Origin: an uncultured candidate division Zixibacteria bacterium
GTDB taxonomy: Bacteria > Zixibacteria > MSB-5A5 > GN15 > FEB-12
DNA: 64,000 bases
Direction of reading: 5' to 3'
Assembly: GCA_963806185.1 (NCBI GenBank)
Contig: CAWDXE010000007.1
Location: 288,001-352,000, forward strand
A program made the translations under genes and the position numbers. This document shows positions 29,728-39,284 of this stretch, piece by piece (position 1 is the stretch's first letter; each line of letters starts with the position of its first letter). The notes below the pieces were generated by a model, which worked only from the letters and a program-made list of their open reading frames with translations, was not told the DNA's origin and did not search any database.

Positions 29728-30768
29728 TTATTCAGTTTCTTCCCAGGCGAGCGATCCATCTTGCTGCGGTTCAAGCAGAGTCTTCACGACCCCCCGCTTC
29801 TGCAGGAATAGTCCATCCGTGGCCGTGCCGACGATCAAGCCGTGGCTCGACGACTCCAGCGTGGTCACATCCGAGCCTACAAACGGCTCGACCACTTTGA
29901 CCTGACTGTCGAAGTAGGTCACGAGCCCCTGGTCGGTGCCGACCGACACGATCCATCCGGAGGCATCGATGGCCGTGACGAAATCCGACGGAAGGCCGTC
30001 GGCCGTTGTCACCGGCTGCCAGCTGCCGCCATCGTGAATCCAGAGACCGTTGGACGTCCCCAGGTACAGGTGGTTGTGGCCGAAAGCCAGCGCGGTCACA
30101 TTGTCGAACAGCGAACTGTCGCGCGCCAGGAAGCGTGGCGAGAATTCTTCGCCGTCCCAGCGGTATAGCCCATCTCCATCAGTGCCAACCCACAGACCAT
30201 CATTGTCCGCAACCATGGCGGTGATGACTTCGTCGTTCATCAGCCGTACGCAGCCGAGCATGGTTCGGGCATACAATCCGTCATCAGTACCGATCATGAG
30301 ATTGGAGCCATACGGATACAGGGCGGTGATGGTTCCGCTGAAGGAATCATCGATGATGACAAGCCCCGAGTCATCGTATCGGTACAGTTTGTCGGCCCCG
30401 GCGTAGAGCTGGCCGTCAAACATGGCCAACGCATTGACCGGGCCGCCAAAGTCGATCGCGTGGCGGGAATTGTCCTTCAGATTGAAGACGATCAATCCGC
30501 GATCATTGGCGATGAACGCGAGGGAATCGACAATTTCGACATCGAGCACGGTGGCGACATCGGTCGGCATCACTTCGGCCACTTTCGGCTCGAGTGCGAC
30601 CGACGGTTTCGGCTCACTTTTCTGCTGCGAAACCGCCAGTACGACGGAATCAATGTTCGGGGATTTTTGCGACAGGTTTTCTTCCTTTTCTCCTGTGCAG
30701 CCCCAGGCGGCCAATCCGGCTATGAGCGCGGCGGCGCCGATCAGCGTGATTTGGTTTCTGGTAATCAT
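29728..30768 (-). CDS. Lipoprotein with beta-propeller (Reg_prop-like) repeats
   Basis: Lipobox AWGC; repeated LWVGT.G.GL units; DGLPSDFVTAI. Confidence 0.8.
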   Translation of the reverse strand: MITRNQITLIGAAALIAGLAAWGCTGEKEENLSQKSPNIDSVVLAVSQQKSEPKPSVALEPKVAEVMPTDVATVLDVEIVDSLAFIANDRGLIVFNLKDNSRHAIDFGGPVNALAMFDGQLYAGADKLYRYDDSGLVIIDDSFSGTITALYPYGSNLMIGTDDGLYARTMLGCVRLMNDEVITAMVADNDGLWVGTDGDGLYRWDGEEFSPRFLARDSSLFDNVTALAFGHNHLYLGTSNGLWIHDGGSWQPVTTADGLPSDFVTAIDASGWIVSVGTDQGLVTYFDSQVKVVEPFVGSDVTTLESSSHGLIVGTATDGLFLQKRGVVKTLLEPQQDGSLAWEETE

Positions 30769-30814
30769 GACGTCCTCCTTTGAGTGTCTGGTTTGGTTCG
30801 TTCGAGGAGGTGTA

Positions 30815-30832
30815 AGTCAAGCGCGATGCCGA
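30815..30832 (-). promoter_or_regulatory. Candidate sigma54 (-24/-12) promoter
   Basis: Minus strand TCGGCATCGCGCTTGACT (GG-N10-GA variant). Confidence 0.45.
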
Positions 30833-30896
30833 ATCCGCAATACAATAAACGACAACGACTTAACTTGGGAATGAGGTCCCGAGGCCATACCATTTC

Positions 30897-30912
30897 GTGT
30901 CAAGATTGACAC
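30897..30912. promoter_or_regulatory. Palindromic operator/enhancer
   Basis: GTGTCAA-GA-TTGACAC perfect 7-bp arms. Confidence 0.55.
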
Positions 30913-31028
30913 ATACCTTCAATCAACAAGAGATTACATTGCCGGGCAACGACTTGCTTGTGGGTATATTGACACGAATGTGTAAAAAGCTTGTATCAGG
31001 ACAACCATCCACCTATGTATAAGGTGAT

Positions 31029-32342
31029 ATGAGTTCCATAACCGGTCGTCACTACATCGCGATTCTCAGCACCCTGTTGATTTTCACAAGCGGTCGGAGT
31101 GCTCAATCAGGTGAGATCCGGGCGAAGGTACTGCAGGTGCGCGATGGCGAGGTTGGTTTGAATGTTGGGACCGAAGATCTGGTCTTCCCCGGCGCAAAGT
31201 TCGTGCTGATGCGCGGCAAGGATACGGTAGCTTGCGGCACGATTGATGCCCGGCACCGCACGATGTCCGTTGGCGTGATAGACTCCCTGTGGATCAAGGC
31301 GGACATTCAGATCTGCAGCGCTCTTGTCCAGAAGGCTGATATTGACTCAGGGGCGACGATTTCCTTTCGGACGTCGCTTGCCGACCCGGAACCACTAATC
31401 AATTCATCGTATCAGCGTATGCCGCAGAGTCTCATTACCAAGTCGTTCGGTGATGCAAATGCGCCGATCATCTTCAGGCCGCGTGACAGTAGTTGGGCGA
31501 TCGGCGCTATTGCCGTCTACGCAGGCGATAGCAGCGCCGGGGGGGGTGATGCGGATGTGTCAGTCAGCCTAATGGCTCCATCGACGGTCAGTGACGATAT
31601 CATTGAACGGATTCCTGCCCCGTTCATTGTCGCCCTGATTCCCAATCTCAGCAGCAAGTACTGTGGACGAGGTGAGCTCACCAAGTCACTCTATCAACGA
31701 TTTGATCCTTCACGAAGTCAGCTCTACGCGCCAGGTATGCAAATCGCAGCAGCCAATTCTTTCCTGTCTCCTGACTCTTCACACCGAGCTTTCCCGTACG
31801 ATCTCGATCTGGCCCGGCGGCGTTTTCGCTCTCTGTCACCGCGACCGAAAGAGGTCGTGATGCTGCTTCGCGAGCCGGTGCTGCAGCCGCTCGCTCTCTA
31901 TCTGGCCGACCTTCTGGCGCGCGAACAGTGTCGCGTCCGAATCGAAGCAAATCCCGCACATTGGGACTTTGCCCTGTGTCTACTGGCATGTCGGAGTAAT
32001 GGCCGGACGGGTAATGAGATCATAAAGGGTGTCATCGGAGAATTGTCTCGAGATACATCAACGTCGGGTGCGGCCGATATCGTACGAGACTTGGCGGCGA
32101 AAAGCGTCGTGCCGAACTACGACTACGGCCAGGTTTCCCTCAGTGACGTAGACGAATTCGGATCACAACTGAGTCGGTTACTCATGGTGGACTATGGCTG
32201 TTTCCCTCTGTTTCGTCCTACCGTTGTGTTGCGGACCAAGCCGACCGTGCGAGGCCTGCGCTTTGGACTCGATCAGGAACTGGATTTCCGAGAGACATTC
32301 AAAATTGTATTCCCTCACGATTCGCTCGGGAGCACCCCGTGA
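31029..32342 (+). CDS. Secreted hypothetical protein, weak resemblance to substrate-binding proteins in its C-terminal half
   Basis: Signal peptide; FPYDLDLAR-like motif; overlaps kinase start. Confidence 0.6.
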   Translation: MSSITGRHYIAILSTLLIFTSGRSAQSGEIRAKVLQVRDGEVGLNVGTEDLVFPGAKFVLMRGKDTVACGTIDARHRTMSVGVIDSLWIKADIQICSALVQKADIDSGATISFRTSLADPEPLINSSYQRMPQSLITKSFGDANAPIIFRPRDSSWAIGAIAVYAGDSSAGGGDADVSVSLMAPSTVSDDIIERIPAPFIVALIPNLSSKYCGRGELTKSLYQRFDPSRSQLYAPGMQIAAANSFLSPDSSHRAFPYDLDLARRRFRSLSPRPKEVVMLLREPVLQPLALYLADLLAREQCRVRIEANPAHWDFALCLLACRSNGRTGNEIIKGVIGELSRDTSTSGAADIVRDLAAKSVVPNYDYGQVSLSDVDEFGSQLSRLLMVDYGCFPLFRPTVVLRTKPTVRGLRFGLDQELDFRETFKIVFPHDSLGSTP

Positions 32343-33967
32343 CCTTCTCCGCCAAGATTCGCTGGTACCTCCTCGGAGTCGCTCTGCTGCCGCCGCTCAT
32401 CGTGTTATCCGTCCTGGTGATTCATGTCAATTCACAGATCGAAGCCGCCGAAATGAGACGAGCAGTCGAGAAGGTGCAGACATACGAGCAATATCGTACG
32501 GCTTATCTCGCCGCCCTCCGAACTACTATCGACCGCGCCGTTAGCTCTCCCGATTTCCAGGCGGCCCTCCGGGTTGTCACCGATGGGAGAACGACGGGCG
32601 GGCCGGTCGCTCCCCTTGACGGCCTTGATTTCCTCGAAGTACTCGACCAGAGCGGATCGGTCGTCGCCTCCATGACCCGCCCCGGGATGATAGGGGAGAA
32701 GCTTCCTGGTTTTCCGCTCATCGATTCGCTGGCCGGTCTCACCACGCTCGAATATGACCGTGAGGGAGCCCATCCGTCGTTTGCGCTGGTCCTTCCCGTC
32801 GGCGCCAATTCATTGGTGTACGCCGGTCGCTACCTGTCGAACGGGTTTCTCGGAACTCTTCCCGGTATCATGCACGCCGAACCGGCAGTGTTCGTCGCCG
32901 CCGATGACAGCGTACCTGACGACGTGCAAGCTCTCTCTGCTGGGAAGCCGAGGCGTGAGTCATCGGCCTTCCTCGCCTTGCTTGAGGGCGGCCAATCGAC
33001 CGGTTTCTATCTGGTGGCCTCGCTGCCCATCGGGGAAGAGCGCCCCGCCTTTCTCGCGGTGATTCGCACCACTTCCTGGGTGACTGTCTTCTCGACCCTC
33101 ATCGCTCTCGGACTCGGATTTTATCTATCGTGGCAGACCAGGCGCGAAATCAGGAATCTGATTGAGGCAACAACCCGGGTGGCAAATGGTGATCTGTCGA
33201 CGGCGGTAATGTCATTCGAAGAAGGCGAATTCGCCGCGCTGGCTGATTCCTTCAGCCGGATGGTGACCCAACTTAAGGAATCGCAGGGACGACTGGCTGC
33301 CACGCAGACGATCGCGGCCTGGCAGACGATGGGACGCAAGATCGCGCACGAAGTCAAGAATCCCCTCACGCCGATCGCCATCTGTGCCGACGATCTGCGC
33401 CGATCGTATCAGGAAGGGTTACCCGGCTTCGAAAAAACACTCGAAGCAAATACCCGGACTATTAAGAATGAGGTCGCCCGACTGACTCACTTGCTGGACG
33501 AATTCTCCCGCTTTGCCCGCATGGCCCCGCCCCACAAGGTCGAGGTGGAGTTGTCGCGCTTTCTCGCCGAACTCCGGGAATTGTACGCGCCTCAGATGGA
33601 GACTGGTCAGATCGTAATCGTCGATTCCACCACCCGGCGGTTTCATCAGTTTGATCCGCACCAAATCAAGCAAGTCCTGATCAATTGCATAAAGAACAGC
33701 CTTGAGGCGAACGCCAAGTCGCATGTCACTATCACGTTCTCCGACGCCGCTGAATGTATCGAGTGCAAAGTGGAAGACACCGGTCCCGGCTTCTCACCCG
33801 ACCAACTGGCGCAGCGGTTCGAGCCGTATCTGTCGTCCAAGCGTGACGGCAGCGGTCTGGGGCTGGTCATCTGTCAGCGCATCATCATTGATCACGGCGG
33901 TACAATTGACATGTACAACCTGCCCGAGAGAGGAGCGGGAGTGCAGTTCACTCTCCCGAAATGCTGA
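32339..33967 (+). CDS. Sensor histidine kinase (NtrY-like; HAMP, HisKA, HATPase)
   Basis: 2 TM; AWQTMGRKIAHEVKNPLTPI; DTGPG; GSGLGL. Confidence 0.93.
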   Translation: MTFSAKIRWYLLGVALLPPLIVLSVLVIHVNSQIEAAEMRRAVEKVQTYEQYRTAYLAALRTTIDRAVSSPDFQAALRVVTDGRTTGGPVAPLDGLDFLEVLDQSGSVVASMTRPGMIGEKLPGFPLIDSLAGLTTLEYDREGAHPSFALVLPVGANSLVYAGRYLSNGFLGTLPGIMHAEPAVFVAADDSVPDDVQALSAGKPRRESSAFLALLEGGQSTGFYLVASLPIGEERPAFLAVIRTTSWVTVFSTLIALGLGFYLSWQTRREIRNLIEATTRVANGDLSTAVMSFEEGEFAALADSFSRMVTQLKESQGRLAATQTIAAWQTMGRKIAHEVKNPLTPIAICADDLRRSYQEGLPGFEKTLEANTRTIKNEVARLTHLLDEFSRFARMAPPHKVEVELSRFLAELRELYAPQMETGQIVIVDSTTRRFHQFDPHQIKQVLINCIKNSLEANAKSHVTITFSDAAECIECKVEDTGPGFSPDQLAQRFEPYLSSKRDGSGLGLVICQRIIIDHGGTIDMYNLPERGAGVQFTLPKC

Positions 33968-35286
33968 TGGCTCGTATTTTGATTATAGATGACGAGGACG
34001 GCATCCGATCGTCACTGCGATCCGCGCTCGATAAGCGGGGTCACGACGTCGTGACCGCTGCCACCTACCGCGAAGGATTCTCGTTCTCGTCCGCTAACTT
34101 CGACCTTGTTTTGCTCGATGTCTTTCTGCCCGACGGCAACGGCGTCGACCTTCTTGCGGCCATTCTCGCGCGCCATCCGAAACAACTGGTGGTGATGATT
34201 TCCGGTCACGCCGACGTAGACACGGCGGTCAAGGCAATTCGCCTTGGTGCGTACGATTTCATTGAGAAGCCGCTCTCGCTTGACCGGATATTGATTACCG
34301 TAGACAATGCGGCCAAGGCCGGTCGTCTTGTGACTGAACGCGATCGCCTGGCTAATCTCGTCTACGGCGATCTGGTCGGAGACAGTTCGGGCATACGCAA
34401 GGTGAAGGAATCAATCGAGCGATCCGCCCCCAAAACGAACAGGTTTCTTATTCTCGGGGAGAATGGGACGGGCAAAGAGCTGGTGGCCCATTTGATCCAC
34501 CGCCGAAGCAAGAATGCCGAAGGCCCGTTTATTGCCGTGAACTGTGCCGCCCTGCCGTCGGAGCTGGTCGAGTCTGAGTTGTTCGGTCACACTCAGGGGG
34601 CCTTTACCGGCGCCACCCAGGCCCGAAAGGGGCGATTTCTCGAAGCCCACACCGGCACGATCTTCCTTGATGAGATCAGTGAAATGTCGACAGAAGTGCA
34701 GGCTAAGATCCTGCGCGTGCTTGAAACCCGGGAGGTATCTCCCGTTGGCTCTGACAAGACGTTGTCTGTCGATTGCATCGTCATTGCCGCCTCCAATCGC
34801 AATCTCGATGAGTTGGTGGCCGAGGGCCGGTTTCGCGAGGATCTCTATTATCGTCTGAATGTCGTCGCCATTGTCCTGCCGCCCCTGCGCGAACGCCGGG
34901 ATGACATCCCGACACTCGCCGATCACTTCCTGCAGAAGTTTGCCCGCGAGAGCGGCGGCGAGACGAAACGCCTCGCGCCCGAGGCCCTGACCCTCGTCTC
35001 CAATTTGCACTTTGCGGGGAATATCCGGGAACTGAAAAACCTCATGGAGCGGGCGCATATCTACTGCGATGGACTGATCGTCAGTGCCGATTCCATTCGC
35101 CCACTTCTGCCGCTCACCACCGCCGGAAAGATCCGTCGGCTCAAGGAAGTCGTCGATGAATTCGAACTGCAGTACATCAACTCGGCCCTCGATCGGAACA
35201 ACGGCAACATGGCCGAAACCGCACGTCAGCTGGGACTGGAACGATCTCATCTATACAAGAAGCTGCGCCGACAGGACCCGGAGTAG
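33967..35286 (+). CDS. sigma54-dependent response regulator (NtrX/NtrC-like)
   Basis: Receiver domain; [23 protein letters not shown]; Fis-type HTH. Confidence 0.95.
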   Translation: MARILIIDDEDGIRSSLRSALDKRGHDVVTAATYREGFSFSSANFDLVLLDVFLPDGNGVDLLAAILARHPKQLVVMISGHADVDTAVKAIRLGAYDFIEKPLSLDRILITVDNAAKAGRLVTERDRLANLVYGDLVGDSSGIRKVKESIERSAPKTNRFLILGENGTGKELVAHLIHRRSKNAEGPFIAVNCAALPSELVESELFGHTQGAFTGATQARKGRFLEAHTGTIFLDEISEMSTEVQAKILRVLETREVSPVGSDKTLSVDCIVIAASNRNLDELVAEGRFREDLYYRLNVVAIVLPPLRERRDDIPTLADHFLQKFARESGGETKRLAPEALTLVSNLHFAGNIRELKNLMERAHIYCDGLIVSADSIRPLLPLTTAGKIRRLKEVVDEFELQYINSALDRNNGNMAETARQLGLERSHLYKKLRRQDPE

Positions 35287-35349
35287 ACCGTTTAAAATGG
35301 AAACGGCAGGTTGCCGCCCAACCTGCCAGTTTCCAGCTAACCAGTGCCC

Positions 35350-38001
35350 TTACGACACTGGAATCCAGTAGGCGATCTTCAACGCCACAATGTCTGATCC
35401 CTCGCCGGTGAAGCCGTCGAAAAACGTCGATGGCCTCGCCAGCCGGCCGATATCTTCCTGCTTCTCCAGATTTCTCTGCCATACAAAGTACGCCGTGCTC
35501 CCCGGCAGGAACTCCCATCGCAGGACCACACTGCTGCGGAAAGAACGGAAGCCAAAATCCCCATAGAATCCCTGATCGGGACCGATGGAAAACGAATTTC
35601 CGTTATCGGTCACGCTGTACGACCCATCGGCATTCTTCGAGATCGTCGTCCCGGCGGCCTCACCGTACTGCACGAGCTCGTGGCCGTTAGGAGCATATAG
35701 CTCGCCGAAGTCGTGATACCTGCCGCTGGCCGCGAATGGCTCCGTGTAAGCTTCGAGACTCAAGTCAGGGGAGAAGAAGTAGTTGGCACGAATCTGGAAC
35801 CGGAAAGTGCTGCGCTCAATACGCGAGAATACGTAGCGTGAACCGTACGTGCGCTCTCCGCCCCCGCCGTCACCGATGGTCGCGACATACTGGCGCGGCT
35901 GATCCTCGTGCTGCCAACTCGGTTCAAAGGACAACTGCGTACGCGTCCCCAGACGGGCCGACACGTACGGCTGAACCCGGTACAACCAGCCCTGCAATTG
36001 GTCGACTCCATAATTTGCGGAACAGCCGAATCGAAAAGTCGACGTATACGGATTATCGAAGCCGCCCTCAATCGAGACGCCGGCCTCGTTTTGCATCGAC
36101 GGCCCGCCCCGGGTCTTGTTGTCATCCTGCCCGGTTATCTGATGATTGATATTGCCGTATACTACGTAGTAGTTCTGTAATGTCGCCTCGAGGTGCAGAT
36201 TGACCTCGCTGAATTGTCGCACCAGACCGTAGTTGTAACTCTGATCCCACGACAATTCGGTGTAGTAGTCCCGGTACCACGAGTCGGGTTTGTTTTCCCG
36301 ATAGGCGATGTGTCCCCACTCCTGGATCCAGTCAGTCGAACCCTCAATGCCGGCGTCATTAATTTCAAAGCCCGGAGACGCCGTGCCAAAGCCGCCCCCC
36401 CACAACCAGTGTTCACCGCCACGCTTGCCCCCGCGGATCTCCGCCGTCATGCCATTGAGCGAAGTCCTCATTGAGTCGAACAACACGTAGTTTGCGTCCG
36501 GCCTCTGGTAATAGCGGGCGCTGGACTGCTGCGTTCGGGCAATGGCATGTGCATCACCCGCGATGTGACTTCCGCCTACATACCCGATCATGTCGTACTT
36601 TCCCCCTTGGAAACGTATATTCCAATCGGCCATACCGGCATACGACTGCCGCCGGTAAATGTCTCTCAACCCTTGCTCATCACCCAGATCTCGTTGCAGG
36701 CCAGTAACGAGAAGCCCGATTGTCGACGCATTCCTGCCGAGTTCCTTCTGCACTCTCGCGGCCTGATAGCCGGTAAGCGGTTCGATCTGAATGTCCGTCG
36801 TCTTTTGTGCCGCCGTGTCATAGACGCGGGCGTACTCGCGGCCGGTGACCGCCGTCATGGCGCCAATCGTCAGTCCATTCTCCAGACGACCGGTTACTTT
36901 GGCCGCGCCCAAAATGGTCGTAGCGTTGGGGCGGTCTATGAAATCCCCCGAGACAAATCGTCGCGGTGCGGTGCCAATGCGGCGCGAATAGAAAAACGTC
37001 GGTCCCGCCGGTTGAAGGATCTGGCTTCCCTCGGTGAAGAACGGACGCCGTTCGTCAAAAAACGTCTCGTAGGCTGAGAGATTAACCTCCGCCGGGTCGA
37101 GCTCGACCTGACCGAAGTCGGGATTGAAAGTCGCATCCAACGTCAGGTTCGGCCCCATTCCCATCTTGAGATCGGCCCCAAGCCGGCCCGTGTAGTCCCG
37201 ACCGTCCGAAAACGGATTCCCATGGTAGTTGCCATCGGTCACGGATGCTTCGCCGGCCGAGTACGGAAGTAGTTCAAGACGGCGGGACGGGGCGATCCCC
37301 TCAAGCCCCGTTAACTCGCCAAAACGCGATGCCCAACCCGTCTCGTTTTTGGGGACGTATATCCAGAACACGTCTTCATTTCTCTCGGGAATCCAGCGAT
37401 TGAAATTGATCCCCCAGACCTGAACCGTCTCGTGTGAGAAGCGGAGTTGCGAAAACGGTATCTCCATCTCGGCGATCCAGCAGTCAGCCTGTCTGGACGT
37501 GTGGCCGTGCCAAACCGGATCGAACGAGTAATCGCGGACATTCTCGTTGTCTTCGGGATTGTACCGATCGAACCTGACCCCCGCCGTGTTGATACCGAAG
37601 CCGTACCCGGTGCGACGGTCGTGGTAACTGTCTATCGTCACGATGAACTGCTCGGCCGGTCCCTGATTGTCGCGCCGGTCGAGGTGCATTCGAAGCAGTT
37701 TCGGATCGGCACAATACATTCGTGCCGCGACATACAACGAATGATCATCATAGGCAACCGCGACTTCGGTCTTCTCTTGCGGCGTGCCCCCTTCGACCGG
37801 ATTCTTCTGTAGGAAGTCCGACCTGAACTCAGCGTGCTTCCAGACGGGGTCGTCGAGGCTGCCGTCGATCACTGGTGACACGCCTTTCGTAGCCCTGATT
37901 TGTTTGGTTGTTCCAGTCTGAGACCTCACGGTAACGGTCAGAGCGACTAGCGTGAGACAGGTGGCTACGACGCACCTGAGAAGAACTGAACGGGTCATCA
38001 A
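35350..38001 (-). CDS. CBM9-like domain + DUF5916 outer-membrane protein
   Basis: IDGSLDDPVW; W.AEMEIPFSQLRF; NPDFGQVE.D; F.ERRPFF.EG. Confidence 0.85.
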   Translation of the reverse strand: MMTRSVLLRCVVATCLTLVALTVTVRSQTGTTKQIRATKGVSPVIDGSLDDPVWKHAEFRSDFLQKNPVEGGTPQEKTEVAVAYDDHSLYVAARMYCADPKLLRMHLDRRDNQGPAEQFIVTIDSYHDRRTGYGFGINTAGVRFDRYNPEDNENVRDYSFDPVWHGHTSRQADCWIAEMEIPFSQLRFSHETVQVWGINFNRWIPERNEDVFWIYVPKNETGWASRFGELTGLEGIAPSRRLELLPYSAGEASVTDGNYHGNPFSDGRDYTGRLGADLKMGMGPNLTLDATFNPDFGQVELDPAEVNLSAYETFFDERRPFFTEGSQILQPAGPTFFYSRRIGTAPRRFVSGDFIDRPNATTILGAAKVTGRLENGLTIGAMTAVTGREYARVYDTAAQKTTDIQIEPLTGYQAARVQKELGRNASTIGLLVTGLQRDLGDEQGLRDIYRRQSYAGMADWNIRFQGGKYDMIGYVGGSHIAGDAHAIARTQQSSARYYQRPDANYVLFDSMRTSLNGMTAEIRGGKRGGEHWLWGGGFGTASPGFEINDAGIEGSTDWIQEWGHIAYRENKPDSWYRDYYTELSWDQSYNYGLVRQFSEVNLHLEATLQNYYVVYGNINHQITGQDDNKTRGGPSMQNEAGVSIEGGFDNPYTSTFRFGCSANYGVDQLQGWLYRVQPYVSARLGTRTQLSFEPSWQHEDQPRQYVATIGDGGGGERTYGSRYVFSRIERSTFRFQIRANYFFSPDLSLEAYTEPFAASGRYHDFGELYAPNGHELVQYGEAAGTTISKNADGSYSVTDNGNSFSIGPDQGFYGDFGFRSFRSSVVLRWEFLPGSTAYFVWQRNLEKQEDIGRLARPSTFFDGFTGEGSDIVALKIAYWIPVS

Positions 38002-38123
38002 ATCCTCCGACCGGTTTTACGGCTGGCCTGCTGGCCCGGGCAGACTTTGCCGGCCCCCTGCGCCTTGCGGCAAGGCCAGGGACGTGATGTGTTGATCAGG
38101 ACTCCGTGAGGCTCAGACGAATA

Positions 38124-38149
38124 TACGTTAGCGCTTACCAAAAGGTTTC
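38124..38149 (-). promoter_or_regulatory. ECF-sigma-type promoter of the DUF5916 gene
   Basis: Minus strand GAAAC-N17-CGTA. Confidence 0.5.
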
Positions 38150-38486
38150 GTCCGGCGTTCACGATTGAATCACGTGAACGGATTCCAAGTTCAATTGACC
38201 GCTGTTCTTTGATGATAAAGGTCGCCATCGCCGCCGTCCATTATGAAGCAAAACCTTAGATAGCGAGCCTATCATGTTGTTGGCCAAATGAATTGCACTA
38301 CAGCTCACCCGCCCCGACTGGGAGGCTGAATGTGAGCCCGGGACGATCGAACGAACTTGCGACATGGAACGACTGTATCTATATTCGACCTGGAGTTTGA
38401 CCCTGAACATTCACGCTGAAAGTAAAACCAAGAAGAGATGACCGGGAGACTCAACGTGCCCGGCAAATTCACGGAGGATTCTGCAA

Positions 38487-39062
38487 ATGCGAAAACTCAC
38501 ACTCTTGCTCGCCGCTCTGACTCTTATGCTGGCGGCTGTTGTGGTAGCCGAAGAGCCCAAGAAGCCCGAAGCCCCGGCCGGTATGGAAGGCATGCCGCAA
38601 ATGGGAGCGACTGAGGAGGTCAAGAAGCTGGCGGTTGATATGGTAGGCGACTGGGACGTGACCATGAAGATGCGCATGGGACCAACCGAGCCCTGGATGG
38701 AAAGCAAGGGCACCTGCAAGTGGGAAGCCATTCTGGACGGAAGCGTGCTGCAACAGACGTATGAGAGTCCGGTCATGGGTATGCCTTTCAAAGGCATTGG
38801 CTGGCTGGCGTACAACCGTGAGACCAAGATGTGGACCAACGCCTGGGCGGACAACTTTGGCGGCACCGTCTCGTTTTACCTCGGCAAGACCGTCGGCGAA
38901 AAGATTGTCTTTGAAGGTAAGGAAACGATGATGGGGAAGGAGTACTTCACCCGCATGACCACCACGACGGTCAAGCCCGGGACGATCGAGTGGAACTCGG
39001 AGACTTCTGAAGACGGCAAGACCTATTGGATCTCGATGGAAGCTACTTACACCAAAAAATAA
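38487..39062 (+). CDS. Secreted DUF1579-like protein
   Basis: Signal peptide; MVGDWDV; GMPFKGIG..AYN; W.D. Confidence 0.75.
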   Translation: MRKLTLLLAALTLMLAAVVVAEEPKKPEAPAGMEGMPQMGATEEVKKLAVDMVGDWDVTMKMRMGPTEPWMESKGTCKWEAILDGSVLQQTYESPVMGMPFKGIGWLAYNRETKMWTNAWADNFGGTVSFYLGKTVGEKIVFEGKETMMGKEYFTRMTTTTVKPGTIEWNSETSEDGKTYWISMEATYTKK

Positions 39063-39089
39063 TCCCCACAAAACGAGTGGTGATTGCAG

Positions 39090-39118
39090 CGCGGAAGAGG
39101 AATCTTCCGCGTTTTTTT
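39090..39118 (+). terminator. Rho-independent terminator
   Basis: CGCGGAAGA-GGAA-TCTTCCGCG-T7. Confidence 0.85.
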
Positions 39119-39284
39119 GTCCCAACTCGCGATCCTGCTTGTGGCGTCGACTGTCCGATTTTTGCGCACGCTTTCTCCTAACTTCCTGTGGGTTTCCGTC
39201 GATATATGGGACGAATACCGCACCACCGGTATTCCCTGGTTGATACAACCGGGAGGAAGGTGACACGGACCACAGGGAGAGAAT

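Noticed and set aside
38281..38297. sigma54 promoter TGGCCAAATGAATTGCA
   Set aside because: GG-to-GC spacing is 11 rather than the strict 10.
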